Below, in pieces: positions 11,505 to 25,182 of a DNA stretch of 64,000 bases; within the stretch, counting starts at the first letter, position 1; every line of letters starts with the position of its first letter. Source of the DNA: Podarcis bocagei (lineage: Eukaryota). The position numbers and the translations under genes are program-made. The DNA is taken from NCBI GenBank assembly GCA_964188305.1, contig OZ076890.1. The stretch is one strand, 5' to 3'. The notes under the pieces were generated by a model. The model saw nothing but the letters and a program-made list of their open reading frames with translations. It did no database searches and was not told where the DNA came from.

Positions 11505-14500
11505 TCACTGGGAGTGTTGTGCATCTGCGTAACTTCTACAGGATGTAAGAGTACTCGACTTTGGCGGCATAATTCTGTCTGTGTGTGTTTAACCCTTCGT
11601 AAACAGCAATATATCATTTGCATTGATACAGACACCAGTGGATTTTCTTTTCCACGTGTAGCTCAACCAGTGTGTGTGATCCAGCGGCAATTGCGACACC
11701 CCCATCCCTCTGAAATCAATGGTACCTAGTGTCACTAAATATACTTCCTAAGCCTGATTGTCCCCATTATGTTGAAGTAACTTTTAGTGAAACTTTAAAT
11801 CCAAATAATGGGGGAAATCCAACCAAAATTAAGCAGGACAAATTCCCACAGGTTTTCATTTATTCACAAAGCAGGGCTCAACATTGGCGGGATCTTACCC
11901 AGTGCACAAAAGAACTTGGTTGTGTTTGAAGAGATAACTTTAGCAAGGAGGAAATCCAAATATGAAAACACAGCCTGGGAGTGGGAACAGGGCCAGACTG
12001 AAGGCACAGAGTGATATCCTAACATTCACTTTTTTAAAAAAGCAAAAAAGCAAGGTGTCAAATGTCAGTTTCCACTTCAAATGAAGTTTCTATCTCTGAA
12101 AACAAGCTGAAGTAGAATGCCAGAGACAAACAAGAGCTGCTATTTTTAACAGGGCAACCATTTTCCTAGAAGTTCGTCTCCCAGCCCAGAAAAGGGTTAA
12201 GGGGAAAGAGAAAAAACATTAAGTAGGTTGGTGAGATCCCCAGCCCTTGATTTGATTAAGTAACCCAACCCTGGTGGCTTCCACCATTGGAGCTGCTGCT
12301 GTTGTTGCGCCGCCGCTGCTTTGAGTGCTTTCAGTAATTCAATGACGCCTGCTCACTCCAGGGAAAGAAATCATTAGCGGGCTCACTGGAGAAGCATTAG
12401 CAGTCCGAAAGGATCGGCGCTGCGTGCAGCAGGGAAGGCAGGTGAAAGGCAACCGGATTTTCGCGTCCAGCAACAGAAGGGCCTCGCCTGCCTTTCTTCC
12501 CTCCCGAACGCGCCATCTCCGCCCGCATTAAATTCTAGTTTGCTGCATGAGTGAAGTGTCAGGACAAGCTGCGTTTTATTAACACGATTATCGCGGCGCG
12601 TGATTTATTCCAGTGCCGGATTTTAATTGCTCTTTGGAGGTTCAGTCGTTTCTTTTGACTGAGCTTCAGCCTGCATCCCGCTGTTAAATGCTGGGTTAAT
12701 AAGTAGGGGGAGCCTTTAATGCACAGGATACCCCTTCAGCTCTTCCTCTCACCAAAAAGGAGGGAGGGGAGGGGAAAGTGCGCGCAGGCACAAAATGCCT
12801 CGCCAAGGGGAGGAACGGCGAACGCGGGACGCGCTGCGCTAAATTGCTTTTCTGCAGAGAAGCGAGGCTTCCCGGGCTTTTTTGGGTTTTTAAACGGAGA
12901 CGTACTAGGGTGCAATCCTTAACGTAGCTACCACCGAGGAAGTCGCCCTGCACAAATCGGGACCCATTTCTAAGCAAAACGCGTTTAGGATCGCGCGGAA
13001 CGGATGGAGACGTTAACCTGTGTATTCCTAATAAGGGGCCATCCTACACACGGTTAATAACTTGGGGATACAGCACCACTCAAACTAATTCACTATCCAA
13101 TATAAGTACGTATGCGATTAGGATCGGGCTCTACTGCTTCAGCCCTTCAACCCCCGTGGCTCAACCAAGCCCAGTGGGATTACCCGAGAGTAAACGGTGG
13201 AGGAGCCCTGGGGTCTGGTCGGACCTATCCACGCAGAGGCCAGTGGAGAGCGCCACGCACGCACGCACGCCTCGCAGTTTAAAAGCCCCCGTGCTCCAAA
13301 ACAGACGAATTAACCCTTAAAACCGGAGCGGAGGCAAAACCTAGGTTGCGTTTGCGCACAAATGCTCCACCCACGATCAGAGGACATCCGTATAAGCGCC
13401 AAGGAAAGCCCTGTGTTCTCTCAAGCATTTCATGAGCCCTTCTTGTTCCCCCTCCCAGCTCCTTGAAGAAGCCTTTTGTGCAGATCCCCACGCGCGGAAC
13501 ATATTTTACTGAAATGGCACCGTCCCCTCCCTCCCTCCGCAGCAGCTAGCTTGCAAGAGCTGACCCCAATTGCTGTCAAGGAAGAGGAACTGGTCCCTTC
13601 TCCTCTCCTTCCTTCTCCTCGCACCCCCCCCACCGCCCCAGTAAAGGCTAGGACGAAATATCGCCCTATCATTCAAAAGTTGTTGTTCCAGGGGAAAGAC
13701 GGGTTTTGCTGACCAGATTTAGTGTTTTCCAGATGCACGGCTCGTAATGTTTTCGAATGGAACAGCCGCAGCCTGGAGAGTGATTGAGAGTTTTACATAC
13801 GGTTAGTAGCCGCCCAGAGCGCTGCCTCATCTGTAAGGAATGGAGGGGACACAAAGTCCAAAGAGATAGGGCTGTCTGCACGGAGGGAGGGGACGCCGCT
13901 CCCTCTCCCCTTTCCCCCACCCCTTTTCTGAAAAGCAGGAGACATGCCCGGGAGCCTAATCTTGCTTTTTATAGGCTGGAACTGAGCTAAGGCTCTGGGT
14001 TTCCTCGCGGGGAAATGTATCGTTGGTTGCCATCGGCTGGTGCTCCTGAGATCTGCAAAAGTCGACCCCAATAGCGCTATCTGAGTCGACCCCAGGTACT
14101 TGGGGCGCTGTGTGGGGAAGGGGAGCCGATGGCTTCCAAAGGCAGATATGCAAACGAAGCTACGCCCTGAATGCAAAGGTTTCCTAAACTGGGAAGAGAG
14201 GAAGGTCAAAGGCAAATTGCCAAATAATCGGCCCAGATTATGATAGCTCCCCAAACGCTACAGTGCATATTTAAAAATAAAACAACAAAACAAGGAGAAA
14301 AAGAAAACTATGTTGCCTTCTGCTGCAAGACAACCATCTCTCTTTGCTAGTCCACGCCGCGAAACTCGCCCCGGGCAAAGGTGTTTGCACAGAAGGGGCC
14401 CAGAGCGAGGCTGGGATTGCTTAAGGTCTGCCGCGGAGCTTTTGCAACAGAAGAAGTTGCCAAATTCCCCTTTGGAGCGTCGCCGCTGCATCCCAGCGAC

Positions 14501-17500
14501 ACGAGGCGAAAGGGAGACGGGATCCGCGGGCTGGGAGAGAAAGGCCTTTTCGGAGGCCCGAAGAAGAGTTGCAGCAGCCGGGAGCGCGCAGCGCCTGAGC
14601 CGGTTCTGTGCAAAAAGTACAACCGAGCGCGCGCGATCCCTTCCCGGGAGGTGGGCGAGATGTTTGCTCGTTTCTGCTCGTTTTCAGGGTCGCGCTTCCC
14701 AGCGCATACATACGTTGTTTATAATCACCGCCGCCCTGATGAACTTTTTGTGAACTGTTTAAAAGTGGAGGTCTGTTGAACAAACAGCGGCGCCACTGCC
14801 AGCCATAATTTCATTGCAACAAGCAACAGACTTTTAACCCTTCGGGCTCCAGGAGGAGACGTTGCTGGCAAAGCAGCAGCCCTCTCTGCTTTGTGGCTGT
14901 GAGCCTGGAAGGTTACATATAAGCAACCACTCCGCTTACGGAGCAATGGATCCACAGCTCAGTTAAACCCGAGCAATTTGGATCTACGGTCCAGAGCAGG
15001 CTTCACCCGCAAGTCCCAGTGAAATCAAAGAAATGTGCTCAAGGCTGCAGTCCTACCCACTACTCGTTTACCCGGGAGTAATCCCCAGTAACGCATTGGG
15101 ACTAGAGTAGACATGCACTGGTTTACCCTGTAACTACCCAAACCTTCCTTTACCCTCTTACCTTAAGGTAAATCCCAAGACTAAAACAAGGATGGAGGAC
15201 CGGAAGCCCACTCTCCTTAGGCCGCACCCCACTGGCCCTGCCCCCACAAACCCTTCGGAGCGCTTTTGTCTGGTTTTAATGTGTCCCGAAGATAATGCCT
15301 CTTCGCTTGCCTTGACGCACGTTATAGAGAAATAGAACACAGAAACCTTTTGACTCTTGCGCGGTTAGAATGTAGGCTACCGTAACATCCATGGAGCCAC
15401 CGCCGCCACCTTTTGCCTCTGGCCTCGCCCACTGCCGGCCCCGAAAGGCTCCTTCAGGTGGGACCCTCAGGCTGAAAAGGAGTGCCCCCCCCGCATCGAA
15501 ATCAAGACAGACCCAAGTCCCGCTTGTCTATAGCGAGGCCTAGTCCCCAGAAAGTGCGCGCAGAATCGGGGCTGTTCAGGACTGGGTGTTAGCTCTAGGT
15601 ATTAATCGCCTGCCTTGACCATGCTAATAAAAGGCGACATATATAATGCATAGTGTAAATTAAAATGCACAAGCGTCTGAGAAAGTCACGCTGAGAGACA
15701 TTGTCAAAGAAGTGGGGTTTGGGCATAACGAGGGCGGGTAGGCCGCGGCTGTTAAAGTTTGTTCGTGTTTATTGCGATTATTTCCCACCCACCCCCAAAA
15801 AAATCAGTACATTGAATTAGTGTGTATGCTTTAGCTGAGATTCCGGCTACACTAGAGAGTTGGAGTTGGACTAAAGACCGCAGTTTTAGCTAATTCGTCC
15901 TGAAAATTAAATAAACCACCTCCCTGGCTGTTTCTCCGCCTCCGTGGAGCGATTCAGGGCTTGGCACTTTGCTTTTCCGAGTCCCCGCAAGTCTCCTACC
16001 TTCGGGAATCTCCCCGTTATGTAACACTCTTTTGCTTTATACATAGAAGAGGGGGACGTAAGGAAGGAGACAACAGAAAATAACAGAACTTCATATATCT
16101 CACGATTTCCCCCCCCCCCCGCAAAAAAAAACTTGATTAAAAGCTCTCTCCTCGGTGCCTCCCCCTCCCGCATGCTACTTTGGAGAGCACCCCCCCTCCA
16201 CCTCGTTTATATACTGCTAGCTGGGCGCCAGCACCTCGGCCAGAGTTGCTAGAAGCTGCCATAGCTGCAGCTTCCGACCGTACCAGCCCGCGACGGAAAG
16301 CAAAACCTCCTCCCCGGGGTGGGGATCGCGCCGCGCCTCCTGCCGAGCGAGGCGAGCTCGCTGGCTGCGCGAGAATGTGACCTAAGGCGGCAGCAGCAGC
16401 AGCAGGCAGGCTCCGAGCGCCAAAGAGGCCACGCGGAATTTCCTCCCCGGAGGTGTCCGGCTGACAAATCCGTCAAGCTCGCCTGGGAGGAAAAGGGGGG
16501 AGCTGCATGGCGGGGGTTTCGCTGCAAAACCTGCTCGGTGTCCGCAGCCGAGAGGAGCCTCCTCTCCCCCGCCCCCCTCAAGCTGCTGCGCTCATGTTAC
16601 AGAGCAGACTCGAAAGGAAAAGAAAAAAGCGGCCCCGGCGCTCGGCGTGTCTGGCTGAACACCCAGTTCTCCGGGCACCACTGGCAGCCGCCGCAACTCC
16701 ACATCATTGGGTGGGAGGCAAATGCATTCACGCAGCGCCCTGCTTGGCTGTTGGATCCTCCTCTGCCCTCCCCGTTCTCGTTCTCTCTCTCTTCAAAAAG
16801 GGAACCGCTTGCATCGCCCTCGCAACGGCAACAGACTCTTGGCAGCCACTGGAGGCGGGCGCAGGAGCAAACTTTTGCTCGCACGCTCCTGCCTTCGCAA
16901 ACTCAACAAACCTGGTGCCCGCGGCCAGGGGAAGCAGCCGCAGCGCTTTGCGCTTCGCCTCACCGGGAAGGAGGGTCCGGAAAAACCATGCCGAGAGCGT
17001 TGATGGCCTCTCTTTCTCGCCCTCTTTCCCGCCATTCAAGGTGGCGAAGTAGCCTTTCTTGCCAACCAGGGCACGAAAAGGGGTGCAAGGAGGAAAAATA
17101 ACCAAGCGAGTAAGCCCCAGCCGGGCTCCAGCGAGCCAGGAAGGAGAGCGAATGCCGCGAGCGCACACGAGTTCCCTGTTGGCGCCTTTCCTCTTTCCAC
17201 CTCCTGCTCCTTTTGGCAGCCGGCCACTTTCCACTGCATAAACCACAGGCCCGCCGTCAGCTGCACGGCAGGCGGGTCGGAGCCGTAGAGCAAGCGGACG
17301 TGGATGGCGAATGTCAGGGGGGAATGGCGCTAACCCAGCGGGGCTTTCGCGTTAATCAGAGAAGGCCCTCCTCTGTAATCAAAACAAGACCATACATAGT
17401 TTGCCCATCTCTAGCTCCCTGCCCGTTTCAGGTCTCCCCTAAACAAGCTGCAGAGCATCTGATGGGGAGGCAGCCTTTTCTCCTATATTTCAATAACGAC

Positions 17501-18544
17501 ACGACGTACACTTAGCCTATTCATGAGCCTGCACATGTACTCAAAGCCTGAACTCGGGGGCAACTACACGCTTTCTGGCTCTACATTACTGGAAATGTAT
17601 TTATTGCATTTATATATCTTTTCCAAGGAGGTCAAGGTGGCAAACGTTCCCCAATTTTAGCCGCACATCAATCGCGCGAGGTAAGATCAAAGGAAAGGGC
17701 AGAGCGTGTCAAGGTCACTCAGGGAGCATCTTGGTCTGCACCAAGCACTACACTGTCCTGGCTTCCGTTTAAGTCAAACCACCTTTTCTTCCATTTACAA
17801 TTTCGAATTGGCCCAGCCCTTCCTATCTTATGTCTGAACCAAGCCCCGCTGTGTTAAACGGGCCTCGCCCCACGGTATTACAACTGTAACCTTAAGATAT
17901 TAGTGCAGTTTGCTATTTTAAACAAGGCTGCACACTTGTGTGCACACTTGTGCACACTTGCCTCGGAGTAAGCCCCCTTGAACACAGAAGAATTTATGAA
18001 TAAGCATGCACGGGGTCGTGCAAAATACGGTGGCATAAATTGGAACACGCCGTTGCGCAGAGGTGGCGGGAAGCTACGTTGTACCAGAGAGCTTGAAGCA
18101 CGATTGTTAAGCAAAGTAGGAAAGAGCAAACTAAGTATCCACGGCTGGGAGGAAGGCGGCTGACCTTTAGCCTGGACGTGTGGCATTTTGTCTGGCCACA
18201 AAGCTAAGCACAATGTGCCTGCGACATCTCCAACCCGATTTTCTCATGTGCGTAACGGAGGCGCGCAGAACGATGCCCAAGTTTGCCCAAGCAGCGCGCG
18301 GAAAAAGAGAAGAACGGGTCGGGTGGCTATTTCAGGGGCTTTTAAACTTCCTCTTTCTTATGTCTGCGCACGTTCCTCGGGAGGCTTCCTGCGCCGTCAC
18401 GTGCGCCTTCGCGATCCGGACTTTTTTCTCATGTAAACAAAGCGCTGTGTAGGCATTACGGGGCGGCCGCGATCGATTGGGCACAGGCAACGGCATCCGG
18501 AATGGGGGATTCCGGACTCGAGACTCAGATAAAACGGGACGGGA

Positions 18545-18549
<5 letters not shown>

Positions 18550-18603
<54 letters not shown>
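18550..18603. repeat. (AG)n microsatellite
   Basis: Direct inspection. Confidence 0.97.
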
Positions 18604-18606
<3 letters not shown>

Positions 18607-19164
18607 TCTTTCCCCATCTCCTGTTTTCCCTTGGCTTTTGTAAGGAGCAGGAGCTCCAACCCTCGGGGAAAGGAGCCGTGTGCATTGCAAAAGTGAGGGG
18701 TCGAGAGCAGGAGGAAGAGGGGAAGCGAGGACTCCACAACCCCAGCCAACTGCTGTGTAGCCGCAGGAAAGGAAAGGACTTTCCTGCCGTTTGCCAGGGA
18801 GACCCTGCTTCGAAGGGAGAGAGTGGCTTCAGACAGCCTTTGCCTTCGTTTCCCTGGAAGATCGGGGTTCAAAGGGGGCGGTGCACAGACCGGCAGCGCA
18901 TCCAAAAACCTCTGGCAGCAGCCGGTCGTTTCCTCCACCGCCGTGCGCAAGGCTTCGGACCGCAGCAGCCTCCTTTGCACATCAACCGCGAAGCAAAGCG
19001 CAGTGACTTCGACTCTTTACCGCCATTTGCCAGGAAAACTTGTGAATAAGTGATGTTTGGGGACGGGGAAGGGCGGGGAGGGGAGAGGAGGACGGCGGAA
19101 GGCCGTCAATAAGGGAAAGGTAAAATGGCTGGCGAGCCTTCAAATAACCCTGCCCGCCGTCTCT

Positions 19165-19215
19165 GTCTCTCTCTCTCTCTCTCTCTCTCACTCTCTCTCT
19201 CTCTCACACACACAC
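19165..19215. repeat. (CT)n(CA)n microsatellite
   Basis: Direct inspection. Confidence 0.93.
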
Positions 19216-22064
19216 GTCGTCTCTTGCCAACGTTTTCTGCGCGGTGGAGAAATAGCGCCCCCGCTTCTCCTAGTACGAGAGCCGGGGGAAGCTGTGGGGC
19301 CCGTTTGTTCCACCCAAATGAACTCGGAGGTGGGGGAGGTGGAGCGGCCACGCGGGGGGGGGAATATTGGGGTGTCGTCGTGCGCCTTAATAATCTGGTC
19401 CCTCGTGAAATAGCCCAGGCACACGGGACGTTGCAGGAAGCAGAAACGAAGGCAACAAAACAGAATGAAGGCGAGAGAAGTATTTCTCTCGCGACCTCGC
19501 GTCTCTCCCCCGCCCCCCGCCGTTTGATCCGAGAAAGTCCCCGAATTGACTTGTGCCATTAAGGCCCAGTTCCCGCACTACGTACACGGCGAAAAGCACC
19601 TTCGCCTCGGGCGTCGATGTGGGGGTCTCACCCCGTCCCATGGGGTCCCCTCCTCCACCCTTCGGAGAGGATTATAGACTCGGCAGCACCGAGGCGAAGG
19701 GCGCTCGCCTGGCCTGTACGGAGCGCAGGCACCTCCTCGCGCTGCCGCCTCCTGCAACTCTCCTTCGCTCTTTCAGCCAGACCGAATGAGTCATCCCAAC
19801 CCGTTTCGTCTTTGAGATCCCCGACCGGCCGCGCCATTTTAGGCGCGCGCACAGACACGGGCTCGGTTTCCGCTGCTGCTGCTGCTTGGAGAGACAACAA
19901 GCAGGCGGTGACAGAGGCGGAGGAGGGGCGGCGGCGGCGGCAGCAGCAACGGGCCACAGGAAAGGAGAAGGGCCTCCGTGGAGCCTACCCGCTTGGCACT
20001 CAATGGGTCTTTCAGGTACCTAAGCGGACGCCGCCTCCCTGGGTATCAGCCAAGCGAGAGCGGGGGAAAACGCAGGCAAGGCCCCGTCGGCGCCTGCGGC
20101 CCATTAACCCCTCGCACGCCCCCCAGCCCGGACAGCAGGCAAGCTGGCTGGCTTGCAAAGACAGAAGGAAGAGGTTCCTCCCAGCCCAGTTTTGGTCTCA
20201 CAAGGGTGTGCTAAGAATGCAGGTTAGGGAGGGAGTAAGCTGAAAGAAATTATTTTTTAAAAAAACAAAACCGTATTTGTTAATAGGAAAGTTTAAGAAG
20301 GAAAACCAACACAAGTATCCAGCTATGTGCGTGACTAGTACACATAAACAAACCAGCCCAGACCCAAGGTCGGTTGCTGTGAAGACCAGGATGAAATGGT
20401 AAACCCGCTTGGTCCACACCCTCTTGCTTTTTAAGCCCCACGGTCTACAGCAGCGCGCGTGCACGGGGGAGGCCTCGCACACCCACAGCCGAGTTTCTCC
20501 CCCCCCCCCTTCGTGATGAATGCGCTCCCCGCCCTCTCTCTTTCCCCTTGCCTGCCCCGCTTGGGCCGGCGCTGCCCTTTGTGGCTTTTTCGGCCCGGCG
20601 GCCGCGCTGCGAGAGCCCAAAGAGGTCGGCGTCGGCCCCCGTATTCACCGGGGAAACGAGCAGATATTGATCACGGGCGAGTTGATTTTGCTTAATTGTG
20701 GCTGACAGTGCCTGTGGTTTCCTCATTTACGGAGCAACAGCATCGAGGGTCTGATTGATTGGGAGCGCAGCGCCTCCCACTCCCCGCTCTCCCTCCCGGC
20801 AGACACACACACAGGGGGGGGGGGCGGAGCGAGCAGCCACCTCCGAGAGGAGCCTGTGTGAAGGCGAGTCCCTCGGGAGGGGAAGGAGCAGCTTCTCATT
20901 ATTCAGCAAATGGCCGGCGCGCCGGCAGCTAGAGATGCAGCTTGGTTGGTTCGCTGTCGAGCGCTCGGGCGAGCTTAAGTAGCCTTAAATCCTCCCGCTC
21001 CCCCCGCAGGACCGTCTGCCTGCTTTTGCCTGCGTCGTCGGCCCCTTCGCCTCCACCGCCGCCTCCTCCTCCTCTTCGCCCGCCAGCAGATTGGTCCGCG
21101 AGTTAAGCGCTCGCGAATGGAGAGCTTTTAACAGGGCGGGGGGTTGCAATCCTTGTCGCCTAAGCGCTCGCTCAGTCGAAGTCCCCACGCCGAGGTGGCG
21201 AGCTCGTCCCCCGCAAACTTAACTCAGGAGCAACCTCGCTCTCCTTTCAATGAAATGACGCCATAGCAAAGCAGCTTAAGGCGCAATCCAGCGCTCACAA
21301 GCCCCGGTTGAAATTAATTGCTAAAGAACAGCAGCCGTTCCCTGCGCAGCTTTGTCAGCCAGGCTTGCGCAGGAGACCTTCCCGTTGGCTTGCGCCCTTA
21401 GCCATCTTCCTGCGGAGAAGCAGCGAAAATCCAAACCACCAGCACCATCACACTTCGTCTGTACAACTCCTACCAGTAAGGAGTTTTGGTGCCAGCGCTT
21501 TCTGGAAAATGTGCATTAAACGTGCCTTTTAAAATAAAGATGAGCGCAGCAGACTTAAATGTCAGAAAAGGAGCTGTGTGGCAACCATCTGCAAGCCGCT
21601 TGATCCAGGATGACTTCACAATTGCCCTGCGACCCTTTTTATATCTACTCAGAAGTAAACCTCGTTGAGCTGAATGGGGCTTACTCACAGGTGAGCGCGC
21701 ATAAGATTGCCGCCTTAAATGTGAAATCTGGGCCCAGTCCCTAAACCTGCCTATCAGTTGCAGGAGGGTTTCTTCCACGAATCATGTTCTCCAATCCAGA
21801 TTTCCCTACATTAGCATTTCTAGCTAACTGTCCCATCCCAAGTGCTTTCCGCTCCTTTAACTTTTTTTAGCCCCCCCTAAAGTGCATTCCTGCACCCCCG
21901 GGGTGGGTTCCATCGTAAAGCAAATGAGCACAGGATTGCCAGCGGTCCAAGGCTCACCCAGAGGAAGACACAGAATACACAGCGACACCTTCTTCCAGGT
22001 AAACATACATAGGCTGGAGCCGAAAGACAATTTATGCGAAGACGACTAGGGCTTGGGCATCACT

Positions 22065-22241
22065 CATAGGAACAAAGGCTTATCATGAACCAGACCATGG
22101 GCCTATCTTGCTCATATTGTCTGCACTGACCGGCAGCAGCTCTCCAGGGTTTCAGGAAGGCCTACCTGGAGACGCCAGGGATTGAAGCAGGGACTTTCTG
22201 CATGCAAGGCAGATGCTCTACCACTCAGCCAGGGACTCCCC
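22065..22241 (-). mobile_element. tRNA-derived squamate SINE (Squam3-like)
   Basis: Minus strand shows TGGCTGAGTGGTAGAGC (A box), cttcaatccc (B box) and a ttcctatg tail. Homologous to the copies at 29028 and 61181. Confidence 0.8.
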
Positions 22242-24262
22242 AAGTCCAAACAGGGCCGCTGGTGGGGATAGGAAGCGCTCCTCAGTTCTAACTGTACATC
22301 GCCTAGCACCCTAAGGAAAAACCCTCCAGTCTCCCAGAGGCATCTTCAGCAGAATCTATTCCGCCTTTACTGAAAGCATCGTACGTGTCCTCAAGCAGCA
22401 AGCAGCGATCTAGACGAATCCTCCGGTTTTAATATCCCAGCAATGCGCAGGGCAAGAACCGGCCCAGGGAGCACAGAGCAGGGCCTCGCGGACAAAGTTT
22501 CACGGCGCAGCTGGGATTCCTCCTCTGGCTGCGAAGCTGCGCGCCCCCTCGGCCTTCCTCGGAAGGCTTAAGGACCCCGGCGCAGCCTGCCTTGCCATCT
22601 TGAAGTCGTCGGCTCCGAAACGGGAGGGAGGCGAGGGGGGCTGAGCGCGGAAGCAACTGCGCTGCAGATGGGCGGCTATGAATTTTTGCTGCTGCTTCGA
22701 GCCTTAATTACTGGCTCTTGATCCGTGGGACTACGACACGACACCGCCAAGGTTAAAATGCCCGGAACAGCTCTGAGCAGATGTGAGCGAGTTGGCAGAC
22801 GCGCAAATGAGGTCTGCCTCCAAGCACGATAACAAGTGACTAATACATTGCATATCGCTGAAAGAAAATTATTTTCCTCTCATTTGCATTAGCTCTCTCT
22901 CTCCCCCCTTTAAGACCAAAATAAAAAGCCAACAACAGCACCACCACTCGCGCGCCCCGCTCAGAGGCAGCAGTCTAATCCGGGGGGGGGGAGAGAAAGA
23001 TGCTGGGTGACTTTTAGAAATTTGTGGAAGCAGGAAAAGATTTGCCAGTGTTTTGGCAAGGCAGCCGTGTTTATCTTTCCGCCTTTGCTCCAAGGCAAAA
23101 GTAGTTTCGCAAGCAACATTCCTGCAGAAAATGGCAGACGTCACGTTAGAGCTCGATTTATTGCTCTGGCGCTTAATGAATGACTGCTGGGGGTATCTTC
23201 CACCCAGAGTGCCTCGTGCACAGAAACTGGAGAGTGACAGATATGCCGCATGAGAGTGACGAGGAATGAAATTCGATGTACAGTTGCCAGTTGCCCTGAA
23301 ACAAGCCGGCTTTGCCCAAAACAGAAATTCTATTCACAAACCAGAAGTGCTCGGATTGAAGACGATCGGCGCCACAATCCAAAACAAAATAGAATTATCC
23401 TTATTCCCAGGTTTTATATGACTTGCCTCTCCGCTGCATGCATGTTAATTCCGAAGCAAGTCCCACAGTGCTGAATGGAGCTCATTCGCTTCCAAGCAGG
23501 GTTAGAACTGTATCACTAATGGCTTTCCGCTGAAATCAAAATGACATATTTCTAAGCTGTTAAGGGGGGGGGACCCATTTCAGACAGGCTGACCCCTCAC
23601 TTTAGCGAGACTAATCATCTCGGTACTAAACCAGTTTATTAAACAGATCCCATTGAAATCAATTGATGTGAATCGTACTGGGATCACAGGTTCCTCAAAA
23701 AGCATTGAAAGATTTAACTGCCAAGTGTAAATCTACTTTCCTGTATACTCGCAATCAATTTGAAAACACTAGGACATTTCCACACAATATTTTACAAGTT
23801 TTCTTTTCTTTTTTCTTTTTCCCACATCTTTAATTCAAATATAAGACCTAAACAGGCTACAATGCCTGTTCATTTTAAACATGGATCTTTTTCTCTCTTT
23901 GTCACACTTTAAGTGTTTTTGCAGCCATAGTGTATCAGTAGTGCAAGAGAATACTCAGAATTATATTTCATGTTGTGTGCATGCGCCCTTATAGGTCTTT
24001 CCCAGATGCACTCAAATGGCACAAGTGAGATGGAAAAAACATATTGAAAGCTGCTTCAGCTTCGCTTTATGATGTGTGGGAATTCAGACACACTTTTGTA
24101 CTTCCAGATTAATGTGTGAAACAGGAAATTGCACGAGTGAGATGCACAGGCAACGTATGTGGGGGGGGGGGTTCATGCATTCCATGCAAGGAGAAATTGG
24201 GTGTATTCTTCACATATTACACCAAAGCATTAAAAGCCCACTTTGCCATCATGTCTCTAGCC

Positions 24263-24726
24263 CAGTGTTTCCCAACCTTTTTTGGGCAAAGGCACACTTG
24301 TTTGATGAAAAAAATCTCGAGGCACACCACCATTACAGCCCCGTGACGTCAGCGCGCAGCGTCACGCCGGGAGGGACGCACGAAAGTGTAAGTTTCAATT
24401 TTTTTCCCTCCCCCTTGCCGGGGAACCTCCAAGCTTTGGGGGTGGGGGGGGGAGGAGGCAGCAAAGCGAGGCAGGAAGGAGAGCGCGGCTTGGCTGGGTG
24501 AGCTTTGGCAGGGGCAGGGAATGAGAGCCGCGAGGCGGGCGCTGCGGACGGAGGCGCTGCCCGCCGAGCTCGCAGGCAGCCAGGCAGGCAGACGGCGAGA
24601 GCCCCGCGCTGGGCGGCCTCTCCTCGCCGCCGCCGCCCCGCCTCCCTCCAGGCAACATCTCGCGGCACACCAGGCAACATCTCGCGGCACACTAGTGTGC
24701 CGCGGAACAGTGGTTGGGAAACACTG
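24263..24726. mobile_element. Young hAT (Charlie-type) non-autonomous element, 464 bp, GC-rich interior
   Basis: Perfect 15-bp TIRs cagtgtttcccaacc/ggttgggaaacactg and a perfect 8-bp TSD ctctagcc (24255-24262, 24727-24734). Confidence 0.93.
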
Positions 24727-25182
24727 CTCTAGCCATTCTGGGTCATTAGCAATAAGGCGCTGATGCACTTTCCAAGGTGGGAAAGCTGTATAAGCTACTA
24801 ATTGGCTATATTGATATAGTTGATATACAAAGAAGTGCTCGTTCCATTACCTACATAAGGAAGCGTCAAATTTCTGTAGCAGAATGATTCCCACCTAATC
24901 TGAAAAGTTTATGAAGAGGAGTGAAGCTACCTCACTCTGCTAGGGGGACAGGAAGGCTGTGGCAAAGCAGAGTGCTTCTTGCGCATGTGTGATCAAAGAG
25001 CCACTCTGGATAACAGGTTTCACTCCCACTGAGCCAAAGCAAAGTCTAGGAACCATGTCAATGTGATGCAAGTAAAGTCCAGGCCACAGTCCCTAACTAC
25101 ATTTACCTGTAAGTAAGCCCCATTAAATTCAATAGGATTTACTGCAGAGTAGACAAGGTTAGAATTGCACATTGCTAAATTT

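Larger units (their letters stand above)
12300..23000. promoter_or_regulatory. Intronic CpG-island cluster (approx. 12.3-13.3, 14.3-14.8, 15.4-17.4, 18.2-21.4, 22.4-22.8 kb)
   Basis: High GC with abundant CG/CGCG compared with the CpG-poor flanks at 7.3-12.2 kb and 25-30 kb. Boundaries judged by eye. Confidence 0.8.

Noticed and set aside
14250-21000. Numerous overlapping 100-260 aa ORFs (e.g. 16319..17101, 19617..20243)
   Set aside because: Stop-poor GC-rich and microsatellite DNA with low-complexity Arg/Gly/Pro/Ala peptides on both strands and no recognisable domain.
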